This document shows positions 11,831 to 27,177 of a stretch of 64,000 nucleotides of DNA, piece after piece. How positions within the stretch are numbered: the first letter of the stretch is position 1; the number at the start of each line of letters is the position of its first letter. The DNA lies in contig NC_082729.1 in assembly GCF_030144855.1 (NCBI RefSeq), positions 16,616,001-16,680,000 of the forward strand. The letters run 5' to 3'. Position numbers and translations under genes: made by a program. Origin of the DNA: Hypanus sabinus (Eukaryota). The notes below the pieces were generated by a model. It saw nothing but the letters and a program-made list of their open reading frames with translations. It was not told the origin of the DNA and searched no databases.

Positions 11831-12202
11831 ATGCCCGATCAGAAGACTGCTCCCAAGAAGGGCGCTAAGAAAGCGCTGCCGAAGCCATCAGGCAAGTCCG
11901 GCAAGAAGCGCAGGAGGGTGAGGAAGGAGAGTTACGGCATCTACATCTACAAAGTGATGAAGCAGGTTCATCCCGACACCGGCATCTCCTCCAAGGCCAT
12001 GAGCATCATGAACTCGTTCGTGAGCGATATTTTCGAGCGGATCGCTGGCGAGGCTTCCCGCCTAGCCCATTACAACAAACGATCGACTATCAGCTCTCGG
12101 GAGATCCAGACCGCCGTGCGCCTGCTGCTTCCCGGTGAGTTGGCCAAGCACGCCGTGTCGGAAGGGACAAAGGCCGTGACCAAGTACACTAGCTCCAAGT
12201 GA
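11831..12202 (+). CDS. H2B: Histone H2B, replication-dependent
   Basis: 123 aa, canonical [30 protein letters not shown]; intronless; stem-loop downstream. Confidence 0.98.
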   Translation: MPDQKTAPKKGAKKALPKPSGKSGKKRRRVRKESYGIYIYKVMKQVHPDTGISSKAMSIMNSFVSDIFERIAGEASRLAHYNKRSTISSREIQTAVRLLLPGELAKHAVSEGTKAVTKYTSSK

Positions 12203-12234
12203 AGAGTGCCGCCAAAACAAACCGAAGACCCAAA

Positions 12235-12250
12235 GGCTCTTTTAAGAGCC
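12235..12250 (+). terminator. Histone 3' stem-loop (H2B)
   Basis: GGCTCTTTTAAGAGCC followed by an HDE-like AACAGAGCTG. Confidence 0.95.
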
Positions 12251-12890
12251 ACTCAATCTTTCATTAACAGAGCTGCAGCTCTTCATAATCTAGTTCGTAT
12301 TTTATCTATGTTAATCAGAATATGCTGTCCATTGCTCGATATAATAGTAATGTCTCTTCCACAAGGATATTTTGCCCCTCCTCATCACTTCGTCTTGGTT
12401 ATCACAAATAGTATCAGTGAAGTAGGCACTTGCTGTTCCTTCTCGTTTAATTGTTTTGGGGATGAGCTTTATTAATTTTTGTCCCATTTTGATGACTTCT
12501 CCGAATCCCATTTCAATGCCAGACGGTTCTTGAACCAATAACTTGATAAAACTGCAGTCCTGGTTCGTTCATAACTTCACGCAATTCACACAGTCGCTGA
12601 CCGGGAACTGAAACTGGGAATCGATTTTTGTTCTAACCCAGTAAATCGTTGTATTAAATCCTCAGAAACATTTGTAACATTAGCTACACTTAAAAGATTA
12701 GACGTAGCGGACTTCAGTAATGGGTGAATGCGGTAAGCAACACACTCACAAAATGCTGGAGGAATTCAGAAGGCATCTATGGGGGAAAAATACAGGTTTG
12801 AACAAGTTTTTTGGCGGGCTGTTACAACAGTTCATTTTTTTGGCGAGTAAACGGTTATTTTACGCGCTTTTGCTTTTGATTGGTAAATAG

Positions 12891-13424
<534 letters not shown>

Positions 13425-13453
13425 AGAGACAGAATCTGACCCAGTGACCTAAA

Positions 13454-13469
13454 TGCTCTTTTCAGAGCC
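13454..13469 (+). terminator. Histone 3' stem-loop (H2A) with a mutated basal pair
   Basis: TGCTCTTTTCAGAGCC versus consensus GGCTCTTTTCAGAGCC; HDE GAAAGGGCTG. Confidence 0.85.
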
Positions 13470-13719
13470 ACTCACAGTGTCTGTGAAAGGGCTGCTCTGC
13501 GGATACGCTGAGCGCGGGGGAAAGGACTCTCGTTTCGCTGTTACTGCGAAGCGTTTCCGAGTAAGTTATATGTTAATCATCTTTTGCTGAACGAGTCGAT
13601 AGGGGATGTGCGGGATAGTCTACTGAATTACCTCCGGAGCTGAGGGAGTTTCCTACTTGAGTCTGCAAAAAGTGTTCCGCAGAGAGGTGGTTGGAATCAG
13701 TTTTATTTTTACTGCTGGT

Positions 13720-15570
13720 TCCATATTGAAGGTTAGTCGGTAGGCCATTTGGCCCATCAGATCTGTCCGCCATTCAATCGTGGGCGACTATTTTTTCCGG
13801 TCCTCAGCGCCGCTCCCAACATCTCTCCCCCTCTGGTGCCGTGTCCAATCAATAAATTATCGAGATCTGCCTTAAATATACCCAATAATCCGGCCTCCAC
13901 TGCTGCCTGTGGTAATAACTTCTACAAATTCACCACCATCTGGATAAAGGAATTTCTCCACATCTGGTACCCCCAATCCTTTTATAACTCATCATTCTAA
14001 ATTCCAGTGAATACAGACCCAGAGCCATCAAACGTTTAACCCTTTCATTTCCAGATTCATCCTAGTAATCCTCCTCTCCAACGCCAGGACAACTTTTCTG
14101 AGATGAGGGGACCAAAACTGTTCACAATACTCAAGGTGGGGCCTCACCAATCCAATACCTTATAAAGCCTCAGCATTACATCCCTGCTGTTGTATTCTAG
14201 ATCTCATAGGATGAATGCAAACATTGCATTTGCCGTTCTCGCCACTGACTACCTGCAAGTTAACATTTAGGGTGTTCTGTACAAAGTCCCATTGTATGTC
14301 AGATTTTTGGATTTTCTATCCGTTTTGAAAATAGTCTGCACATTTATTTCTACAACCAAATTTGATGACCATACATTTTCCAACATTGTGTTTCATTTGC
14401 CAACATTGCCCATTATTCTAGTCTTAGTCCATCTGAAGCCTACCTGCCCCTCCAGCAATCTTCATATCAGCTGAAAACTCGACAACAAAGCCATCCCATC
14501 TATTCCATCTAAATCATTGATATAAAAAGAAGAGGTCCCAACACCAACCAGCCAACCAGAAGAGGATCTTTTTATTCCCATTCACTGCCTTCTACCAATC
14601 CAGTAAGCAGCCTCATGTGTGGCACCTTGTCAAAGGCCTTCTGAAAGTCCAAATATAGAACATCCACTGCACCCCCTTTATCTATCTTATGTGTAATCTA
14701 CTCAAAAGAATTCCAACAGGTTTGTCATTCAGGAATTTCCCTTAAGGAAGCCAAGTACTCCAGTACTTCATTCTTAAAAATTTACTCCAACATCTTCCCA
14801 ACCACTGACGTAAGGTCTAGAATTTCCTTTCTGCTGCCTTTCTCAGAGTGGAGTGACATTTGCAATTTTCCAGGCCTTTGGAACCTTGCCAGAGTCCAAT
14901 GATTTTTGAAGATCATTACTAATGCCCCCACAGTCTCCACCGCTACCCCTTTCAGAATCCGAGGGTGCATCTCATCTGGTTCAGTTGACATGCATCCTTA
15001 GGTCTTTCAGCTTTTTGAGCATCTTCACCCTAGTAATAGTAACTGCACCCACCTCTCTTCCCTCACACCCTTTAACATCTCGCAGACTGCTACTGTTTTC
15101 CACAGTAAAGACTAATGCAAAATACTCATTTACCTCATCTGCCATCTCCTTGGCCCCTGTTATTAATTTCTCCAGCCTCATTTTTTAGCAGTTCTATGTC
15201 CACTCTCATCTCTCTTTCTTTTTTAATACACTTGAAAAAGCTTTTAGTATGCACTTTGATATTGGCTGTAGCATTACTATCATATATCCTGGATAACTGA
15301 TGCAAAACCTTTTCAGATGTGTTTTCAATTTTTGGAAAATTAAACGATGGTATTATCGGAAAAGAACAAACGCAAAGAGAGGAGTACTGAAATTTAAGTA
15401 AAATGCAGCTCAATAGACAATAGGAGTAGGAGTAGGCCCTTCAGCCTTTCGTGGCAGCACCACTATTCAATGTGATCATGGCTGATCATCCACTATCAGT
15501 ATCCCATTCCTGCGTTCTCCCCATATCCCTTGACTCTGCTATCTTTAAGAGCTCTATCTAACTCTTTCTA
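13720..15570 (-). mobile_element. CR1 LINE fragments
   Basis: PDEMHPRILK, LTSVVGKMLE and SFFKCIK..NEAGEI remnants plus CR1 3' tails. Confidence 0.8.
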
Positions 15571-16272
15571 GCTCAAGCAGTAAACGTGGACGGAGAAACA
15601 GAGTTAAGATTTCAAGCGGCTTCTTCATCAGATAACATTCTGCTAACATGCTTTATTGCACTTTTTTCCCCTGCAAAGATGTCCAATCTCACTTTCTCCC
15701 ATAATTTCCCCTCCGTACCCCATCTTCCCTACTTAAGTTCCCTTCTCTCTTTATGTCACCAGTAAGTTCAGAAATCACCATGAGCTTTCACTTTCTTGAA
15801 TACCCTGTGAAAGAGCAGCTTCTCAAATGGACATCTCAGTTCAGCACAACCACTCTTCTCTTTATCCACAGCTTATGTCAAGAATTTCAATATATTTCTT
15901 AAAAACTTCTCAAAACCCTGTTCACTTTGTTGGATTGTTTGACGTTTTGGAGATGTCCATTTATTCCCTCTGTGGTTACAGCTTCAAATGCTTCTGGAAC
16001 AGATGGTTATCTGTAAATAGGTGACCAAAACAGCACTCAACACTCCAAATTAGGCCTCGTCAACTTCATCATAACATCCCAACTCCTGTACTTAAGTGTT
16101 TTGATTTTTGAAGGACAACGTGTCTACGGTCATTGCTACCTGTGAGACCACTTTCAAGGAATGATTGGTCTGTATTCCAAGATAGCTGTCTCCACCTCCC
16201 TCTTTGCCTTTCTCGGGCAGGTCGGGGCGCTGCGTATAAAAGGAGGCAGCAGCAGTCGGTTTGTCGGAGTAG

Positions 16273-16593
<321 letters not shown>

Positions 16594-16624
16594 GGAACAC
16601 TTTTGGTTCTGAACACAACACAAA

Positions 16625-16640
16625 GGCTCTTCTAAGAGCC
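16625..16640 (+). terminator. Histone 3' stem-loop (H4)
   Basis: GGCTCTTCTAAGAGCC-ACCCA. Confidence 0.95.
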
Positions 16641-17168
16641 ACCCACCACCTCAGAGAGAGAGCAGTGATCCTGAGCAGAAATAGGAGACAGGCGGGCTTG
16701 TTAATTGGAGAGCAGACCCTTTGTGTGTTTCCGTACTTAGATTATTACAGTAGGTGACTGTTAAGAAAAAAACAATATAAGAAATGCAATTAAAGTTACG
16801 TGTTATTTGTAAAGAAAATCAGCAGCTATTCACTTCGGACCGCCAGTCAAACATCGGTATCGGGGCAAAGATGATTTTCAGCCCAAACGGGCGGCTGCTT
16901 GAATTCGATGCCGGATATGAAGCCGATCGCACTGCTAGGGCCTTGACACGATCGGGGCGGACATTCAACTCCCAACAGTCGGCGGATAACTCAGCTCCGA
17001 CATTTCGGACTGTGCACCCACGGTTAAGCCTGTGAGTTGCGTTTCGCACCAATAAGGAATTTCAATTCACCCTGCCTGCTGATTAGTACAACAATCTAAT
17101 CCGATCAAGATCCCCTTCCCCCACGCTCAGCGTATCCGCAGAGCAGCCCTTTCACAGACATTGTGAGT

Positions 17169-17184
17169 GGCTCTGAAAAGAGCC
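17169..17184 (-). terminator. Histone 3' stem-loop (H2A)
   Basis: Minus strand GGCTCTTTTCAGAGCC. Confidence 0.95.
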
Positions 17185-17213
17185 TTTGGGTCACTGGGTC
17201 AGATTCTGTCTTT

Positions 17214-17858
<645 letters not shown>

Positions 17859-18710
17859 CTAATCTAAAAGGAAATCATTGCATGTCTGTTTGTCAGACAT
17901 GCAATGCTCTATTTATGAAGGCCAACGTGTCGACAGCTCTATTTACGGTCCTTGCTACCAGCGAGACCTCTTTCAAAGAATAGATGAGTCTGTATTCCCA
18001 GATCACACTGCAAGTTTCAACTATCTTCGTCGTTGTCCGCTACATTCCCATTCTTTGTTGATCCATTTTACAATATAATCACTCAGTTTGTGATATAGAT
18101 GAGAAAAAAAAACGGACCCAGCTCTGATCCCTGCTTAAGAGGGGAGATGATTTAAATATAGAAAATGGTGATGAGTGGAGATAGTGTAGGTTACAGAGAT
18201 CCCCCCACCCCCCCCCCCATATTAGGTGCAGATAAAACTGCAGGATATGGGGTTTGGTTGAAGGATTTGTTCACCCAGACGGTTGTGAGTTGCTGGAACA
18301 CTGTACCAGAGAGAGTTGTGGAAGTAGTGTCGCTGATGATATTTTCAAAATGTCACTTGAATTCCCAGGCTAAGGACCAAGTGCTGGAAGAATGAATTAA
18401 TATGGATGGATTCCCATTGGTTGGTATTGATGTGATGGGCCAAATGGTCTGTAACAATGCTGAAACATTCTGTAAAAATCGGAATCAATGACTCTCTGCT
18501 ACTAGAAACATGGAAACTTGATAAATATGATAGCCGTATTCACCATCTCTCTCTGCCCTCATTAACCAGTTTCACCTGGCCCTGGTTTATACCAGCAGTT
18601 TATCCTGTTCCGTTGTGGCTAAACCATTGGAAATTGACGGTTGTCAATTGAGAGTCTGTCCGTCCGCCTGCCTTTGTCTCTACCCCTCCCCGTCTCTTAA
18701 TCTCCGCACA

Positions 18711-21700
18711 GTTCAGTTTACACCTGAACTGGAATGGTACAAACATTCTTGCAGGGAAGTTTGCTAGTGCTTCTTGGGGGGGTTTAAACTAAATTTGCAG
18801 GGGTTGGGGATCCAGAATGAGAGAGAGGATAGCGAGATGAAGAATAAAGGATAGGTGGGGACTACAAGGTTCCGGAATATTATGTAGTAGAGAAAGGAGA
18901 GGCGGAACAAGTGATAAGGAGGACACATGTACAGGGGGATGGTCTGACGGAACATGGAGTTAAATGTGCAGAAAGAATAGGTAAATTTAGGAAGGACAAC
19001 AAAATTCTAGGGGTGTATAGCCTGATGGGAGTTCGGGGAGCTGGGTTAAGCACAATAGGCAGAAATTCAAACAGAGAGAGGAGAAATGGGCAAAAAATTC
19101 TATATCTGAATGCATGAAGTGTCAGAAATAAGGCCGATGAGCTTGAAGCTCAGGTGCGAATGGGAAACTATGATGTTGTTGAGATAACAGAGACATGGCT
19201 GCAGGGGGATCAGACCTGGGAAATGAATGTACAAGGGTATATGTGCTATCATAGGGACAGAAATGTGGGCAGAGGGGGTGGGGTGGCCCTGTTGGTGAGG
19301 AATGAGATTCAGTCCTTTGCAAGGGGGGACATAGGATCAGGAGAAGTTGAGTCTGTGTGGATAGAATTGAGGAAAAGTAAGGGGCAAAAGGACCCAAATG
19401 GGTGTTGTCTATAGGCCACCAAACAGTAGCATGGATATTGGGTGCAAGTTGAATAGAGAGTTAACATTGGCATGTGGCAAAGGTAATGTCGCAGTAGTTA
19501 TGGGGGATTTCAACATGCAAGTGAACTGGGAGAATCAGGTTGGTGCTGGACCCCAGGACAGGGAGTTTGTAGAGTGCCTAAAGGATACATTCTTGGAACA
19601 GCTTGTATGAGAGCAGACCAGGGACAAGGCTATTCTGGATTTAGTATTATGTAATAAACAGGATTTGATAAGCGATCTTGAAGTAAAGGAGCCATTAGGA
19701 GGTAGTGATCATAATATGCTAAGTTTTTATCTGCAACTTGAGAAGGATAAGGGCAGCTCAGAGGTGTCAGTGTTGCAGTTGAACAAAGGAGACTATGAAG
19801 CCATGAGGGAGGAGCTGGGCAAAGTTAACTGGCCGGATATCCTAGCAGAAAAGACAGTGGAACAACAATGGCAGGTATTCTTGGGAATAATGCACAAGGT
19901 GCAAAATCAGTTCATCCCCCGGAGAAGGAAGGATTCAAAGGGGGGAAAGGGGTCACTGTGGTTGACAAACTAAGTCAGAGATTGCATAGCATTAAAAAAA
20001 GGAAGTATGACAGAGCTAAGGTGAGAGGGAGGACAGATGGTTGGGAATTTTTTAAGGAACAACAGAACTTAACTAAAAAGGCAATACGGGGAGAAAAAAT
20101 GAGGTACGAACGCAAGCTAGCCAGAAATATAAAGGAGAATAGCAAAAGCTTTTTTAGGTATGTGAAGAGAAAGAAGATAGTTAGGAACAATGTTGGGCTC
20201 TTGAAGAATGAATTGGGTGAAATTGTTATGGGAAACAGAGAAATGGCAGAAGAATGTAATAAGTACTTTAGATCTGTCTTCACTAAGGAAGACACAAGCA
20301 ATCTCCCAGATGTATGGATGGGCCAAGGACATAGGGTAACAGAGGAAATGAAACAGATTGACATTAGGAAGGAAACGGTGATGAGTAGACTGATGGGACT
20401 GAAGGCTGAGAAATCCTCAGGTCCAGATGGTCTGCATCCTAGGGTAATAAAGGAGGTGGCCCTGGAAATTGCGGATGCATTGGTAATCATTTTCCAATGT
20501 TCCTTAGATTCAGGATCAGTTCCTGAGGATTGGAGAATGGCTGATGTTATCCCTCTTTTTAAGAAAGGAGGGAGGGAGAAAACAGAGAACTATCAACCTG
20601 TCAGCCTAACATCAGTAGTGGGGAAGATGCTAGAGTCCATTATAACCATATAACAATCACAGCACGGAAACAGGCCATCTCGGCCCTCCTAGTCCGTGCC
20701 GAACTCTTAATCTCACCAAGTCCCACCTACCTGTACTCAGCTCATAACACTCCACTCCTTTCCTGTCCATATACCTATCCAATTTTACCTTAAATGACAC
20801 AACTGAACTGGCCTCTACTACTTCTACAGGAAGCTCATTCCACACAGCTATCACTCTCTGAGTAAAGAAATACCCCCTCGTGTTTCCCTTAAACTTCTGC
20901 CCCCTAACTCTCAAATCATGTCCTCTCGTTTGAATCTCCCCTACTCTCAATGGAAACAGCCTATTCACGTCAACTCTATCTATACCTCTCAAAATTGTAA
21001 ATACCTCGATCAAATCCCCCCTCAACCTTCTATGCTCCAATGAATAGAGACCTAACTTGTTCAACCTTTCTCTGTAACTTAAGTGCTGAAACCCAGCTAA
21101 CATCCTAGTAAATCGTCTCTGCACTCTCTCTAATTTATTGATATCTTTCCTATAATTCAGTGACCAGAACTGTACACAATATTCCAAAATTGGCCTTACC
21201 AATGCCTTGTACAATTTTAATTTTAATTAAAGATGAAATAGTGGCATATCTAGATAGCAGTGATAGGATTGGGCCGAGACAGCATGGATTTACCAAAGGT
21301 AAATCATGATTGACTAATCTATTGGAGTTTTTTGAGGATGTAACCAGGAAGCTCGACAAGGGAGATCCAGTGGATGTAGTGTACCTTGATTTTCAGAAGG
21401 CATTTGATAAGATCCCACATAGGAGATTGGTGGGTAAAATGAAAGCTCATGGCATTGGGGGGAAGGCATTGACATGAATAGAAAACTGGTTGGCAGATTG
21501 AAAGCAAAGGGTAGCGGTGAATGGGTGTTTCTTGGAATGGCAGGTGGTGACTAGTGGGGTGCCACAGGGCTCGGTATTGGGACCACAGCTGATTACGATT
21601 TACGTCAACGATTTAGATGAAGACATTGAGAATAACATCAGCAAGTTTGCTGATGATACTAAGCTGGGTGGCAGTGTGACATGTGATGAGGATGTTAGGA

Positions 21701-22067
21701 GAATCCAGGGTGACTTGGATAGGCTGGGTGAGTGGGCAGATACTTGGCAGATGACGTTTAATGTGAATAAGTGTGAGGTTATCCACTTTGGGAGTAAGAA
21801 CAGGAAGACAGATTATTATCTGAACCGTGTAAAGTTAGGTAAGGGAGAAATACAAAGAGATCTCGGAGTCCTTGTTCATCAGTCACTGAAGGTGAATGAG
21901 TAAGTGCATCAGGCAGTAGAGAAGGCTAATGAAATGTTGGCCTTTATTACAACGGGAATTGAGTACAAGAGCAAGGAAATCCTCTTGCTTTTGTACATGG
22001 CGTTGCAGGCTCGAAGGGCCGAATGGTCTACTTCTGCACCTATTATCTGTTGTTTATTGTCTATTGT
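18711..22067 (+). mobile_element. CR1 LINE, 5'-truncated (ORF1 end, EN, RT, tail), inserted in an H4 promoter
   Basis: ILYLNA, ITETWL, VMGDFN, GVPQGSVLGP, KFADDTK and a (ctattgt)-type tail. The empty site ctccgcacatccttcg survives in the paralogous spacer at 24568-24583. Confidence 0.93.
20643..21220 (-). mobile_element. CR1 3' fragment nested in inverse orientation
   Basis: Open LYKALVRPILEYCVQFW..RGDLIEVF..FFTQRV frame; splits the host motif LESII|KDEIV. Same family as 61620-62115. Confidence 0.9.
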
Positions 22068-22184
22068 CATCCTTCGTCACTGTCTCCACCCCTTAACGCA
22101 TCTCTGTCTCTCTCTGCCTTTCTCGGGCAGGTCGGGGCGCTGCGTATAAAAGGAGGTAGCAGCAGCCGGTTGGTCACTGAGTAG

Positions 22185-22505
<321 letters not shown>

Positions 22506-22536
22506 GGAACGCTTTTGGTTCTGAACACAACACAAA

Positions 22537-22552
22537 GGCTCTTCTGAGAGCC
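22537..22552 (+). terminator. Histone 3' stem-loop (H4)
   Basis: GGCTCTTCTGAGAGCC-ACCCA. Confidence 0.9.
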
Positions 22553-23044
22553 ACCCACCACCTCACAGAGAGAGAGCAGTGATCCTGAGCAGAAATAGGA
22601 GACAGGCGGGCTTGTTAATTGGAGAGCAGACCCTTTGTGTGTTTCCGTACTTAGATTATTACAGTAGGTGACTGTTTAGAAAATGGTAATACAACACAAG
22701 TGCACACTTCGGACCGCCTGTTACAAATCGGTATCCGGGCGCAAACGATTTTCGCCCGACCCTTAATTACAAAGAGTTGGTACTTGAATTCGATGTCAGA
22801 AAAAAAGCCGATCGCACTTCTGGGGCCGTAGACGCGATCGGACTAGACATTCACCTCCCAATGCTCGGCCAGCTTCGATATTTCAGACTGTGCACCCACC
22901 GTTAAGCTTGAGTTGCATTTCGCACCAGTAAGGAATTTCAACGCACCCTGCCTGTTGATTAGTACATCAATCTAATCCGATCTAAAGTCCTTTCCCCCGC
23001 GCTCAGCGTATCCGCAGAGCAGCCCTTTCACAGACACTGTGAGT

Positions 23045-23060
23045 GGCTCTGAAAAGAGCC
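23045..23060 (-). terminator. Histone 3' stem-loop (H2A)
   Basis: Minus strand GGCTCTTTTCAGAGCC. Confidence 0.95.
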
Positions 23061-23089
23061 TTTGGTTCACTGGGTCAGATTCTGTCTTT

Positions 23090-23734
<645 letters not shown>

Positions 23735-24691
23735 CTAATCTAAAAGGAAATCATTGCATGTCTGTTTGTCAGACATGCAATGCTCTATTTATGAAGGCCA
23801 ACGTGTCGACAGCTCTATTTACGGTCCTTGCTACCAGCGAGACCTCTTTCAAAGAATAGATGAGTCTGTATTCCCAGATCACACTGCAAGTTTCGACAAT
23901 CTTCGTCGTTGTCCGCTACATCCCCATTCTTTGTTGATCCATTTTACAATATAATCACTCAGTTTGTGATATAGATGAGAAAAAAAACGGACCCAGCTCT
24001 GATCCCTGCTTAAGAGGGGAGATGATTTAAATATAGAAAATGGTGATGAGTGGAGATAGTGTAGGTTACAGAGATCCCCCCCACCCCCATATCAGGTGCA
24101 GATAAAACTGCAGGATATGGGGTTTGGTTGAAGGATTTGTTCACCCAGACGGTTGTGAGTTGCTGGAACACTGTACCAGAGAGAGTTGTGGAAGTAGTGT
24201 CGCTGATGATATTTTCAAAATGTCACTTGAATTCCCAGGCTAAGGACCAAGTGCTGGAAGAATGAATTAATATGGATGGATTCCCATTGGTTGGTATTGA
24301 TGTGATGGGCCAAATGGCCTGTAACAATGCTGAAACATTCTGTAAAAATCGGAATCAATGACTCTCTGCTACTAGAAACATGGAAACCTGATAAATATGA
24401 TAGCCGTATTCACCATCTCTCTCTGCCCCCATTAACCAGTTTCACCTGGCCCTGGTTTATACCAGCAGTTTATCCTGTTCCGTTGTGGCTAAACCATTGG
24501 AAATTGACGGTTGTCAATTGAGAGTCTGTCCGTCCGCCTGCCTTTGTCTCCACCCCACCCCGTCTCTCTCCGCACATCCTTCGTCACTGTCTCCACCCCT
24601 TAACACATCTCTGACTCTCTCTGCCTTTCTCGGGCAGGTCGGGGCGCTGCGTATAAAAGGAGGTAGCAGCAGCCGGTTGGTCACTGAGTAG

Positions 24692-25012
<321 letters not shown>

Positions 25013-25043
25013 GGAACGCTTTTGGTTCTGAACACAACACAAA

Positions 25044-25059
25044 GGCTCTTCTAAGAGCC
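25044..25059 (+). terminator. Histone 3' stem-loop (H4)
   Basis: GGCTCTTCTAAGAGCC-ACCCA. Confidence 0.95.
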
Positions 25060-25099
25060 ACCCACCACCTCACAGAGAGAGCAGTGACCCGGAGCAGAT

Positions 25100-25320
25100 A
25101 TAGATAGATAGATAGTTAGATATTTTATTCATCCCCAAGGGGAAATTCAACATTTTTCCAGTGTCCCATACACTTATTGTAGCAAAACTAATTACATACA
25201 GTATTTAACTCAGTATAAATATGATATGCATCTAAAATCACCCTCCCAAAAAGCATGAATATAGCTTTTAAAACGTTCTTAAATAGTTTACTATTTAAAC
25301 TACAGTTTACCTACTACTTA
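25100..25320 (-). mobile_element. Short LINE 3'-tail insertion with a (TATC)n end
   Basis: Absent from cassettes 1 and 2. About 100 nt are identical to 50987-51087 in the opposite orientation. Confidence 0.8.
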
Positions 25321-25782
25321 AATAGGTGACAAACTGGATTGTTTATCGGAGAACGGACCCTTAGTGTGTTTATCCGGACTTTCATTATGACAGTAGGAGA
25401 CTGTATTAAAGTTACGTGTTATTTGTAAAGAAAACTAGCAGCTAATCACTTCGGACCGCCTGTCACACATCGGTAACGGTGCACAGATGATTTTCAGTCC
25501 GACTGTTCATAAAATGGGCGGCTGCTTGAGTTCGATGTCGGATATGAAGCGGATCGCACCGCTGGGCCCTTGACGCGATCGTGGCGGATATTCAACTCCC
25601 AACAGTAGGCGGAGGACTCAGCTCCGACTTTTCAGACTGTGTACCCACGGTTAAGCCTCGCACCAATAAGGAATTTCAATTCACCCTGCCTGCTGATTAG
25701 TTTAACAATCTAATCCGAACAAGATCCCCTTCCCTCACGCTCAGCGTATCCGCAGAGCAGCCCTTTCACAGACACTGTGAGT

Positions 25783-25798
25783 GGCTCTGAAAAGAGCC
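25783..25798 (-). terminator. Histone 3' stem-loop (H2A)
   Basis: Minus strand GGCTCTTTTCAGAGCC. Confidence 0.95.
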
Positions 25799-25827
25799 TT
25801 TGGGTCACTGGGTCAGATTCTGTCTCT

Positions 25828-26277
<450 letters not shown>

Positions 26278-27177
26278 TTAGGGGGAATGCAGCAGAATGT
26301 GTATGATTGGTCCTGCAACGCTCAGTGTCATTGGAGAGAGAGCAAATAATCCAATCAGAATACTGCCCTGTTCACCAATCAAGAAACAGCAGCAGGGTCG
26401 CGGAAAATAACCGCTCACTCTGCTAAAATAAACTGAAAATTGAAACAGCCCGCCAAAAATCCTTTGTTTAAAGCTAATCTAAAACGAAGTCATTGCACGT
26501 CTGTTTGTCGGCTTGATCTCCACATACACTAATTACTGGAGTCAGACGCATTTAATATAAGCGCAGCTACTATTGCAACACTGATTCACTGATAAATTCA
26601 CTGATTTGTTTAATCTAAGTTGTTTAATTCAGAGTAAACCCGCTTCTCAGCTGCTGTTCGCCATCGGTCATTGTTTGCGCATCAGGTTATGGACGAGTTG
26701 GTCTTCTCAAACAGCCTGAAAAATTTGTAATGTAAAGGGGGACAAGGGAGGTAGATATCGGAACACTTGAAAATGACTGGAAAAGTAGAAGGAAATGGTG
26801 GACGATCTGAATAAAGATTTTTCAATTGTCTCCGTTGTGGAATATACTAGCAATATGCTAATGTTCGAGAGTATCAGGGGCAGAAGTGAGTGAAATTGTC
26901 ATTGCTAGTGAGAAAGTGCTTGGGAAACTGAAAGGTCTGAAGGTAGATAAATCACCTGGTATATACTCTAGGGTTCTGAAAGAGATGGCTGAACAGGCTG
27001 TAGACACTTTAGGAATGATCTTTCAAGAATCACTGGAATAGTTCCACAGGACTATAAATTGCAACAATCAAGAAGGGAGAGAGGCAGAAGTAAGGAAACG
27101 TGGCCAGTTAGTCTGACTTTAGTGGTTGGGAAGAGTTTGGAGTAGATTGTTAAGATGTGTTTTTGGATACCTGGAGC

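Noticed and set aside
15603-15634. Hammerhead ribozyme-like motif (minus strand CTGATGA..GAAA); similar at about 35185-35216
   Set aside because: Penelope-associated but decayed: stems II and III are disrupted here, and GAAA is mutated to AAAA in the second copy. Unlikely to be active.
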